A DNA stretch of 32,000 bases, from the NCBI RefSeq assembly GCF_900199515.1, contig NZ_LT963434.1:1622180-1654179 (forward strand). Reading direction: 5' to 3'. How positions within the stretch are numbered: the first letter of the stretch is position 1; every line of letters starts with the position of its first letter. The stretch comes from Massilicoli timonensis. GTDB lineage: Bacteria > Bacillota_I > Bacilli_A > Erysipelotrichales > Erysipelotrichaceae. Both the position numbers and the translations under genes were made by a program. Below, one piece after another: positions 19,841-26,728 of the stretch. The notes under the pieces are model-generated. The model was not told where the DNA came from. It saw only the letters and a program-made list of their open reading frames with translations, and ran no database searches.

Positions 19841-19869
19841 TTTACATTGGAAACCAATGGTCCTATAAT
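19841..19869 (+). promoter_or_regulatory. Candidate promoter for the NTF2-like gene or operon
   Basis: TTTACA (19841-19846), 17 nt, TATAAT (19864-19869). This leaves a 5' UTR of about 115 nt. Confidence 0.5.
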
Positions 19870-19992
19870 ATGCACAGAGCTGCAAAGAACGGCCGTTTGG
19901 AAAGCTCAAAGTGAATAAAAAGAATAAAGCTAAGATGTATATGTGTGAAAGTATTTGATAACAAGTAACGAAATAAAAAGGAGGAAACAATC

Positions 19993-20766
19993 ATGACAAA
20001 TATAGAAAATGCAGTTGCACTCATCCATACTTTTGCAAGCGGTGATGTTGAAAAAGCGAAAGATCTGCTTGCGGAAGGATATATCCAACATAACCTTGCC
20101 TATGGAACAGGACGTGATGCCTTTATCAGCTCGGTTGCCGCGCTTGCTTCTGCTCCTGTTAAAACGACTGTAAACAATATCCGTGCATTTGAGGACGGCG
20201 ATAAGGTTTTCTTACAGACAGTTTACAACTTTGCAGGTGCGGGCGAGCAAGTCGCTTTTGACATTTTCCGTTTTGAAGAAAACGGCAAGATTGCCGAGCA
20301 TTGGGATAATCTCGCAGCAAAGGCAGATCCAAATCCCTCCGGCAGAACACAGATTGATGGCACGATGGAACTGAAAGATCTTGATAAGACGGAGGCAAAC
20401 CGTGAAGTAGTCAAGCATTTCCTTTACGATGTTATGCAGGGCAACCGTCCTGAAAAGACACCGGATTATTTTGATGGTGATACCTACATCCAGCATAACA
20501 CCGGCATTGCCGATGGATTGTCTGGTTTAGGCGCTGCACTGGCGGCACTTGCTGAACAAAATATACAGATGATTTATACAACCGTTCATCAGGTGCTTGC
20601 ACAAGGGAATTTCGTGCTTGCGGTCAGTGAAGGAACTTTCGGCGGTATGCCGACCTCTTACTATGATCTGTGGCGTGTTGAGGACGGTAAGATTGCCGAG
20701 CATTGGGATGTAATGGAAACCATTGCTGACAAATCTACTTGGCAAAATCAAAACGGTAAATTCTAA
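19993..20766 (+). CDS. Tandem NTF2/SnoaL-like domain protein
   Basis: Two internal repeats are visible: ...GYIQHNLAYGTG...GKIAEHWDNL and ...TYIQHNTGIADG...GKIAEHWDVM. SD AAAAGGAGGA is present. Confidence 0.75.
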   Translation: MTNIENAVALIHTFASGDVEKAKDLLAEGYIQHNLAYGTGRDAFISSVAALASAPVKTTVNNIRAFEDGDKVFLQTVYNFAGAGEQVAFDIFRFEENGKIAEHWDNLAAKADPNPSGRTQIDGTMELKDLDKTEANREVVKHFLYDVMQGNRPEKTPDYFDGDTYIQHNTGIADGLSGLGAALAALAEQNIQMIYTTVHQVLAQGNFVLAVSEGTFGGMPTSYYDLWRVEDGKIAEHWDVMETIADKSTWQNQNGKF

Positions 20767-20773
20767 ATAAGAC

Positions 20774-20808
20774 AAAGTCCTGCATCTATATTTGCAATGC
20801 AGGACTTT
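20774..20808 (+). terminator. Perfect 12-bp stem-loop, possibly a weak terminator or RNA-stability/processing element
   Basis: AAAGTCCTGCAT (20774-20785) / ATGCAGGACTTT (20797-20808) with an 11-nt loop. There is no U tract beyond the stem, so read-through into the next gene is likely. Confidence 0.45.
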
Positions 20809-20841
20809 ACGCAATATCTTGTTTGGGAAAGGGTGTGGCAA

Positions 20842-21456
20842 ATGAACTATTTACATTACTTAGAAAAAGAAATTCATTCTGTGATCGCGGCAACTGTCGA
20901 TGACAACGGTCTGCCCGTTACCTGTGCGATTGACATAATGGATAGTGATGAAAAAGGATTGTATTTTTTAACGGCGAAAGGAAAAGGGGTTTATCACCGC
21001 TTAAAGAAAAACGAATATGTTGCATTAACAGGAATGCATGCAGGCGATACGCTTTCCCGTGCAGCTGTTTCGGTACGGGGAAAAGTACAAGAAATCGGGA
21101 AAACGCCTTTGCTAAGGCTGTTTGAAAAAAATCCATATATGAATGAGATTTATCCGAGTGAAGAGTCCCGACAGGCGCTTACTGTCTTTCATCTTTATGA
21201 GGGCAGCGGTGAATGGTTTGACCTTTCAAAAAAGCCGATTGAGCGCGCTTCTTTCACGATTGGCAGCAAACAGGAAGAAAAACAGGGCTATGAAATTACG
21301 CAAAAATGTAACGGCTGCCGGACTTGTCAAACTGTCTGCCCGCAAGATTGCATCGATTTTTCGATCGTCCCTGCTGTAATCAGGCAGGGAAACTGCCTGC
21401 ATTGCGGCAACTGTTTCCATGTTTGTCCGCAAAAAGCAGTGATACGGAGAGGATAA
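20842..21456 (+). CDS. Pyridoxamine-5'-phosphate-oxidase-family (flavin split-barrel) domain fused to a 2x[4Fe-4S] ferredoxin domain
   Basis: Start at Met16 of the track ORF, because the earlier ATG sits inside the hairpin. The N-terminal PNPOx-like pattern is VIAATVDDNGLPVTCAIDIM...GLYFLTAKGK. The C-terminus carries two cluster motifs, CNGCRTCQTVCP and CLHCGNCFHVCP. Confidence 0.8.
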   Translation: MNYLHYLEKEIHSVIAATVDDNGLPVTCAIDIMDSDEKGLYFLTAKGKGVYHRLKKNEYVALTGMHAGDTLSRAAVSVRGKVQEIGKTPLLRLFEKNPYMNEIYPSEESRQALTVFHLYEGSGEWFDLSKKPIERASFTIGSKQEEKQGYEITQKCNGCRTCQTVCPQDCIDFSIVPAVIRQGNCLHCGNCFHVCPQKAVIRRG

Positions 21457-21460
21457 GAAA

Positions 21461-22240
21461 ATGACACAAACCGAAAGACGAAGATATTTAATAGCGGCAC
21501 TTCTAAAAGAACAGCCGCAGCATGCTAAAATCGAAATTCCATCGCGTGAGCAGGAACAAAAATCCTTGCTTCGTTCGCTTTTTAATAAACGCATGCCCTT
21601 GCCTGTAACAGATGAATTTGTGACGGTTCAGGATGCTTATTTGCAGGAAGAAATCCGCAGGAAAGGAATTACGGCTTTATCAGACTTAACACCGATTCAA
21701 AAAGGGATATATCTTTGGCGTGGGGATATTACCACGCTGCAATGCGACGGTATTGTAAATGCCGCCAACAGTCAAATGCTCGGCTGTTTCTGTCCGAATC
21801 ACGGCTGCATTGACAATGCCATCCACACCTTTGCGGGGGTACAGCTTCGTTTGGCTTGTGCGGAGTTGATGAGAAAGCAAGGTCATCAGGAAGAAACGGG
21901 GAAAGCTAAGATCACCCTTGCCTATAATTTGCCGAGCCGTTATGTGCTGCACACGGTCGGTCCGATTGTTCACGGTGATCTTACTGAAAAAGATAAAGAG
22001 CTGCTTGCTTCCTGTTACCGATCTTGTTTGGAACTGGCAGAAAAAAACGGGCTAAAAAGTATTGCATTCTGTTGCATTTCTACGGGAGAATTTCATTTTC
22101 CAAATGATAAAGCAGCACAGATAGCGGTTGAAACCGTAAAAAGATATAAGAAACAAACACACAGCGAAATAGAGGTGATATTCAATGTTTTTAAGGAACT
22201 TGATTACAACATCTACCATGAGCTGCTCCAAGCAAATTGA
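21461..22240 (+). CDS. Macrodomain protein, sirtuin-linked protein-ADP-ribose hydrolase type
   Basis: GDITTLQCDGIVNAANSQMLG, HTVGPIV and FCCISTGEFHFP are macrodomain motifs. A Cys/His cluster CFCPNHGC is present, as in the Zn-binding sirtuin-linked macrodomains. The start lies 4 nt after the upstream stop, with SD GGAGAGGA. Confidence 0.9.
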   Translation: MTQTERRRYLIAALLKEQPQHAKIEIPSREQEQKSLLRSLFNKRMPLPVTDEFVTVQDAYLQEEIRRKGITALSDLTPIQKGIYLWRGDITTLQCDGIVNAANSQMLGCFCPNHGCIDNAIHTFAGVQLRLACAELMRKQGHQEETGKAKITLAYNLPSRYVLHTVGPIVHGDLTEKDKELLASCYRSCLELAEKNGLKSIAFCCISTGEFHFPNDKAAQIAVETVKRYKKQTHSEIEVIFNVFKELDYNIYHELLQAN

Positions 22241-23009
22241 CAAACTGAAAAAAGAAATAGAAAAAGCCGATGCGATTATAATCGGCGCAGGCGCAGGAAT
22301 GTCCGCCTCGGCAGGATTTACCTATGATGGAGAACGCTTTGAAAAGTATTTTTCCGATTTTTATAAAAAGTATGGAATTTCAGATATGTATGCAGGCGGT
22401 TTTTATCCATATGAAACCCTCGAAGAATATTGGGCGTGGTGGTCACGGCATATCTATGTAAATCGTTATGATGTGTCTGTCGGAGAGCCATATTCTACAC
22501 TACTAAAAATCGTGCAGAATAAGGACTATTTTGTATTAACGAGCAATGTAGACCATCAATTTCAGCTTGCGGGCTTTGATAAAAAACGACTGTTTTACAC
22601 ACAGGGCGATTATGGTTTATGGCAGTGTTCAAAAGCGTGTCACGATAAGACCTATGATAACGAGAAAACTGTACGGAAAATGGTTGCAGAGCAAAAGGAT
22701 ATGAAGATTCCAACAGATTTGATACCGAAATGTCCTGTTTGCGGGGCGCCTATGACGATGAATTTAAGATGTGATAGCTTCTTTGTGGAGGATGAAGGCT
22801 GGCATGCCGCCGCAAATCGTTATACAGATTTTATCAGTAAGCATAAAAATAAGCATGTTTTATTTTTAGAACTTGGTGTTGGCGGGAACACCCCGGTGTT
22901 ACATTTTTGGAGCACCGCAGAAAAATCAAGAAAACACATGGATAAACGGCAGACCCAGATTGGTTCGCATAACTGGATAAAAGAATTTAAGGAAAAGAGG
23001 TGTGCATGA
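22185..23009 (+). CDS. Class-M-like (macrodomain-linked) sirtuin, copy 1, with an aberrant C-terminus
   Basis: GAGAGMSASAGF (NAD-binding loop), TSNVDHQFQLAGF, YTQGDYGLWQC, and Zn-ribbon cysteines C..C / CPVCG. SD GAGGTGA lies 6 nt before ATG 22185 (alternative start 22218). It overlaps the macro gene by 56 nt. The last 37 aa or so do not align with copy 2. Confidence 0.8.
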   Translation: MFLRNLITTSTMSCSKQIDKLKKEIEKADAIIIGAGAGMSASAGFTYDGERFEKYFSDFYKKYGISDMYAGGFYPYETLEEYWAWWSRHIYVNRYDVSVGEPYSTLLKIVQNKDYFVLTSNVDHQFQLAGFDKKRLFYTQGDYGLWQCSKACHDKTYDNEKTVRKMVAEQKDMKIPTDLIPKCPVCGAPMTMNLRCDSFFVEDEGWHAAANRYTDFISKHKNKHVLFLELGVGGNTPVLHFWSTAEKSRKHMDKRQTQIGSHNWIKEFKEKRCA

Positions 23010-23869
23010 TGTTTGGCTGGAGAATTCCTAAAGCAGAGAATACGCCTGAAGCTACGGAAAAGCTGCGTGCGGCGTTGGATAAAGCGGAGGCGGTAATTGT
23101 TGGTGCCGGCGCCGGCCTATCTACTTCTGCCGGCTTCACTTATTCGGGAGAACGTTTTGAAAAGCATTTCCACGATTTTGCAGCCAAATATCATTTCAGT
23201 GATATGTATTCCGGGGGCTTCTACCACTATGATACACTGGAAGAACATTGGGCGTACTGGAGCCGGTATATTCTTATCAATCGTTATGAGGATGCGCCAA
23301 AGCCGGTATATGACAAGCTGCTTTCGCTAATCCAGAACAAAGACTATTTTGTGTTGACAACAAATGTCGATCACTGCTTTCAGAAAGCTGGATTTGATAA
23401 GCATAGATTGTTCTACACACAAGGGGATTACGGATTGTTCCAGTGCAGCGAGCCATGCCACCAAAAGACATACGAAAATGAAGCTGTCATTCGCCAGATG
23501 GTACAGCAGCAAAAAGATATGAAGATTCCATCTGATTTAATTCCCCGCTGCCCTGTATGTGGAAAACCGATGACAATGAACCTTCGTGCGGATAATACTT
23601 TTGTGGAAGATGAAGGCTGGCATACCGCTTCGGAACGGTACGCAGACTTCCTTTGTCGTCATAAACACATGAACACGCTGTTCTTAGAATTAGGCACCGG
23701 CATGAATACGCCGGGCATAGTGAAATTTAGTTTCTGGAGGATGGCATATGAGTGGCCGGACGCAATTTATGCCTGTATCAATCTGAACGAGGCATATGCG
23801 CCAAAGGAGATTCAGAAAAACTCCATCTGTATCAATGCGGACATAGGAGAAGTGCTGAACAAGCTGTAA
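23006..23869 (+). CDS. Class-M-like (macrodomain-linked) sirtuin, copy 2, apparently full length
   Basis: It carries the same motif set as copy 1 (GAGAGLSTSAGF, TTNVDHCFQKAGF, YTQGDYGLFQC, CPVCG). It also has the C-terminal Rossmann strands ACINLNEAY...ICINADIGEVL. It forms an ATGA junction with copy 1. Confidence 0.85.
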   Translation: MMFGWRIPKAENTPEATEKLRAALDKAEAVIVGAGAGLSTSAGFTYSGERFEKHFHDFAAKYHFSDMYSGGFYHYDTLEEHWAYWSRYILINRYEDAPKPVYDKLLSLIQNKDYFVLTTNVDHCFQKAGFDKHRLFYTQGDYGLFQCSEPCHQKTYENEAVIRQMVQQQKDMKIPSDLIPRCPVCGKPMTMNLRADNTFVEDEGWHTASERYADFLCRHKHMNTLFLELGTGMNTPGIVKFSFWRMAYEWPDAIYACINLNEAYAPKEIQKNSICINADIGEVLNKL

Positions 23870-23969
23870 TTTAATATATGCGGCATTTAAGCCGTTTGCG
23901 AAAGGACGTTTCACTTTTACGGGTGGGCGCCCTTTTTTCATCCCTATTTTACGGAGGAAGGAGAACAAC

Positions 23970-24491
23970 ATGGAACTAAACGAAATGGAAAAAAAGCTGC
24001 TTTTTCAGGTAGAAGGAGATTATCAGACTAAAGTTCTGAATGAGCTCTACATGACCGTGCGCTATTCAAATGATTCCGAGCAGCGGGAGGCGGCGCAAAG
24101 CCTCATGGCAAAGCTGCGCATCCTGTCGGATGCGGAGTGCATGGACTTAGTGAAGGACATACAGAAGAACTACCGTCTGCCCCATCCGCCCCGGACTATT
24201 GGGGAAAGGATTGCCGAGGCCAGGCAGCGATCCGGCGCTGAAAAATTAAAAGGGCATGACATCATGGCGCTGGAACGGTTTGACCCGGAGGTGCGGCACA
24301 TGATCGTCTTTGATGTACTGTCCTATGACGCCCCTGTTGGCGATAAGGGAGATAAGATGCGTCTGTTCCTTACAGATGCCGGTTATCAGAAATTTTTAGA
24401 CAGCCAGGAACGGGGCGAAGTAAAACTGAAAAACCATGCAAAGGTGTCCGGCGGAAATCTTTATTATGACCGCAGGGACCGTGCCTTGTAG
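23970..24491 (+). CDS. ICE protein whose N-terminal third resembles transposon-transfer-assisting (TTRAP) family proteins
   Basis: SD GGAGGAAGGAG is present. The N-terminus MELNEMEKKLLFQVEGDYQTKVLNELYMTVRYS...LSDAECMDLV resembles the small TTRAP proteins at the ends of Firmicute conjugative transposons. This is from recollection and is unverified. Confidence 0.55.
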   Translation: MELNEMEKKLLFQVEGDYQTKVLNELYMTVRYSNDSEQREAAQSLMAKLRILSDAECMDLVKDIQKNYRLPHPPRTIGERIAEARQRSGAEKLKGHDIMALERFDPEVRHMIVFDVLSYDAPVGDKGDKMRLFLTDAGYQKFLDSQERGEVKLKNHAKVSGGNLYYDRRDRAL

Positions 24492-24520
24492 CGGAATAAT
24501 CGAAGAAAGGAGGCTGTGAA

Positions 24521-25393
24521 ATGGCTGTATTCCGTGTAGAGAAAACGAAGGACTTTACGGTTATGAGCAATCATCATCTGCGTAATACGGAATTGTCCTT
24601 AAAGGCGAAGGGGCTCCTTTCCCTTATGCTGTCGCTGCCGGAAGATTGGGATTATACCACAAAGGGGCTTGCACATATCTGTAAGGACGGTGTGGATTCT
24701 ATTACTACCGCCCTGAAGGAGCTGGAGCGGCACGGGTATCTTACCAGGCAGCGCCTCCGATATGATAACGGGCAGCTCGGAGATATTGAATACACAATCC
24801 ATGAAAAGCCCGCAACCGGCGTAAAACAAGGAGTTCCACCTAAACGGGAAAATCCAAGACAGGCAAATCCAAGACAGGCAAAACCTAAACAGGCGGAACC
24901 TGGACAGGGAAATCCCGCACAATTAAATACTAATCCACAAAGGACTAAAAAATCAAAAACGGATATATCAAGAACACATCAATCAATCTATCCGGCAGAG
25001 CCGGAAACGGCTGACTGTCAGGATGGGATTGATAGGATGGATATGGCAGAGGCATATCGTGAAATCATCAAAGAGAATGTTGAGTATGACTTTCTGGTTC
25101 CCCGCTATGGGAGGGAACGCATGGACGAAACGGTGGAGCTTATACTGGAAACGGTGCTTTCCAGACGGCCATATATCCGCATTGCCGGAGACGACTTTCC
25201 ACGGGAGGTTGTCAGGAGCCGGTTCTTAAAGATCAACTCCAGCCATGTGGAGTATGTTTTTGACTGTATCGACAAGAATGTTACGAAGGTCAACAATATC
25301 AAGGCTTATCTGCTGGCAGCGTTCTATAATGCCACAGCGACGATGGATAGTTATTACCGTGCCGAGGTCAATCACGACATGTACGGGTGTTAG
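24521..25393 (+). CDS. DnaD/replisome-organiser-like wHTH replication protein (DUF6017-type C-terminus)
   Basis: N-terminus FRVEKTKDFTVMSNHHLRN..LSLKAKGLLSLMLSLPEDWDYT..GLA.I.KDG.DSI..ALKELE..GYL. A proline/glutamine pentapeptide-repeat linker follows. The C-terminal domain is conserved. Confidence 0.7.
   Translation: MAVFRVEKTKDFTVMSNHHLRNTELSLKAKGLLSLMLSLPEDWDYTTKGLAHICKDGVDSITTALKELERHGYLTRQRLRYDNGQLGDIEYTIHEKPATGVKQGVPPKRENPRQANPRQAKPKQAEPGQGNPAQLNTNPQRTKKSKTDISRTHQSIYPAEPETADCQDGIDRMDMAEAYREIIKENVEYDFLVPRYGRERMDETVELILETVLSRRPYIRIAGDDFPREVVRSRFLKINSSHVEYVFDCIDKNVTKVNNIKAYLLAAFYNATATMDSYYRAEVNHDMYGC
24848..24922 (+). repeat. Five imperfect tandem 15-bp repeats inside the Rep-like gene
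   Basis: The units are GAAAATCCAAGACAG, GCAAATCCAAGACAG, GCAAAACCTAAACAG, GCGGAACCTGGACAG and GGAAATCCCGCACAA. They are in frame and encode ENPRQ-ANPRQ-AKPKQ-AEPGQ-GNPAQ. Confidence 0.85.
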
Positions 25394-25414
25394 GCGCCAG
25401 AGGGCGCTTTTTTT
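25393..25414 (+). terminator. Rho-independent terminator after the Rep-like gene
   Basis: Stem GCGCC / GGCGC with loop AGAG, followed by T7. Confidence 0.6.
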
Positions 25415-25447
25415 CATGCAATCATGGAGGAAGGAGGCGAAAGCACA

Positions 25448-25486
25448 ATGAAACGAAAAGCTGTGCCGGTGTTATGCCCGGTGTAA
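25448..25486 (+). CDS. Candidate 12-codon leader ORF (MKRKAVPVLCPV) overlapping the Toprim gene start
   Basis: The only strong SD in the region (GGAGGAAGGAGG, 25427-25438) lies 9 nt before ATG 25448. The ORF ends at TAA 25484-25486, 10 nt past the out-of-frame ATG 25474 of the next gene. Confidence 0.3.
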   Translation: MKRKAVPVLCPV

Positions 25487-26457
25487 CCAAAGAGCAGATC
25501 CAGGCAGCCAGGGAGGCGGACCTGTTCGCTTACCTGCAGTTTCACGAGCCGGGCGTATTGAAACGGGACGGGCCGAATTACCGGCATAAAGAGCATGACA
25601 GCCTGGTTTATGTGACCGGGAAAAAATACTGGTACTGGAACAGCCGGGGCCGGAGTATCAACGCTCTGGACTACCTGATCCAGATTCGGGGATATGGTCT
25701 GGTGGATGCGGTCCACACACTGGTCGGCGGCGAGATTCAGCAGATACCGGAACGCCGGAGTACGCCGGAGCCAAATTACATACAGAGGGAACAGAAGAAA
25801 AAAGCCTTTTCCCTCCCCTGGGCCAGACGGTGTGCTACCGCTGCTGTTTCTTATTTGCAGCAGCGCGGAATCAGTAGTGAAGTAATCAGCCGGTGCGTTC
25901 GGTTAGGGCTTTTCTATGAAGCCCGTTATAAGGGCGAGGCGGTCTGTGTGTTTGTGGGAAAGGATGATGCGGGGAAAGCAAAATTTGCCTGTATGCGGAG
26001 TATTACCGGCAAACTCAGAAAGGACGTATACGGCAGCGACAAAATGTACAGCTTTTGTTATCCACCCCAAAATCCGGGCAGCCAGCATGTGGCGGTCTTT
26101 GAAGCGCCTATCGATGCTCTTTCCCACGTAACGCTGCAAGAGCTGGAAGGCTGGAAATGGGATGGCTACCGTCTGTCTTTGGGCGGTACCTCTCATGTGG
26201 CGCTGATTGCGTTTCTGGAGCGCCACCCGGAAATCCGGCGCGTCAATCTTTACATGGACAATGATCTTGGCGGTCTTAAAAATGCCAGAAGGATTAAGGC
26301 AATGCTCCATGACAATCCGCGTTTTAAGCATATCCGGGTAGGCATCAACCCGCCCCGCGTTGGAAAGGACTATAACGAAAAGCTGTTACATACCAGAGGA
26401 AAAATCAAGGACCGCCAACTACCATGCCGCCAGAAACAGGCGGCTATTTCAATTTAA
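25474..26457 (+). CDS. DUF3991 + Toprim domain protein (primase/topoisomerase-like, ICE-associated)
   Basis: Start taken at Met30 of the track ORF (MPGVTKEQIQAAREADLFAYL...), because the upstream extension crosses the terminator. Toprim acidic motifs are VAVFEAPIDALS and LYMDNDLGG. Confidence 0.8.
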   Translation: MPGVTKEQIQAAREADLFAYLQFHEPGVLKRDGPNYRHKEHDSLVYVTGKKYWYWNSRGRSINALDYLIQIRGYGLVDAVHTLVGGEIQQIPERRSTPEPNYIQREQKKKAFSLPWARRCATAAVSYLQQRGISSEVISRCVRLGLFYEARYKGEAVCVFVGKDDAGKAKFACMRSITGKLRKDVYGSDKMYSFCYPPQNPGSQHVAVFEAPIDALSHVTLQELEGWKWDGYRLSLGGTSHVALIAFLERHPEIRRVNLYMDNDLGGLKNARRIKAMLHDNPRFKHIRVGINPPRVGKDYNEKLLHTRGKIKDRQLPCRQKQAAISI

Positions 26458-26471
26458 GGGGGGATTTTGGT

Positions 26472-26696
26472 ATGAACGGAACACAGCAGATTCGTTTTAC
26501 GGACAGTGCTGGAAAGGCGCTGTTTTCGATTCCTGATAACGGCCTTCTCTGCCTGTTTTATGGAAATGGGGACCGGCATTTTTCTTTTTGCCGTTATCTG
26601 GACCAGGATCATGCGGAGATTGACGGCGTGAAATATTCTCTCCGTGAATTTGCCCGGAGGATGGAACACAACGAAATCAGTTTTGCCCCGGCTTAA
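26472..26696 (+). CDS. Small ICE hypothetical protein (74 aa)
   Basis: ATG 26472 follows AAGGGGGG. It is tightly packed in the operon. I recognise no motif. Confidence 0.5.
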   Translation: MNGTQQIRFTDSAGKALFSIPDNGLLCLFYGNGDRHFSFCRYLDQDHAEIDGVKYSLREFARRMEHNEISFAPA

Positions 26697-26728
26697 CGGC
26701 GGGGCCAGAATAACAGGAGGTTTTCACT

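Noticed and set aside
19635-19992. GTAA-N6-TTAC (19665-19678) and other GTAAC-like motifs in the HxlR/NTF2 divergent region, considered as an HxlR operator. Also the 113-aa minus ORF at 19649-19990.
   Set aside because: The motifs are short and AT-rich and occur with inconsistent spacing, so they are indistinguishable from chance by eye. The ORF spans the promoter region, has no SD, and has a low-complexity translation.
21461-23869. Reading the SIR2-domain genes as a Thoeris, DSR or SIR2-HerA type NADase defence system.
   Set aside because: The proteins are small (about 275-290 aa) with a Zn-ribbon and a dedicated macrodomain partner, which is the SirTM architecture. No TIR, SLOG, HerA, pAgo or large DSR-type extension lies nearby. 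A defence-like role is kept only as an alternative hypothesis.
26684-26704. GC-rich hairpin GCCCCG-N9-CGGGGC spanning the stop codon of the 74-aa ORF, considered as a terminator or oriT nick-region hairpin.
   Set aside because: No U tract follows. It has only 6 bp, no flanking repeat structure, and no relaxase gene nearby.
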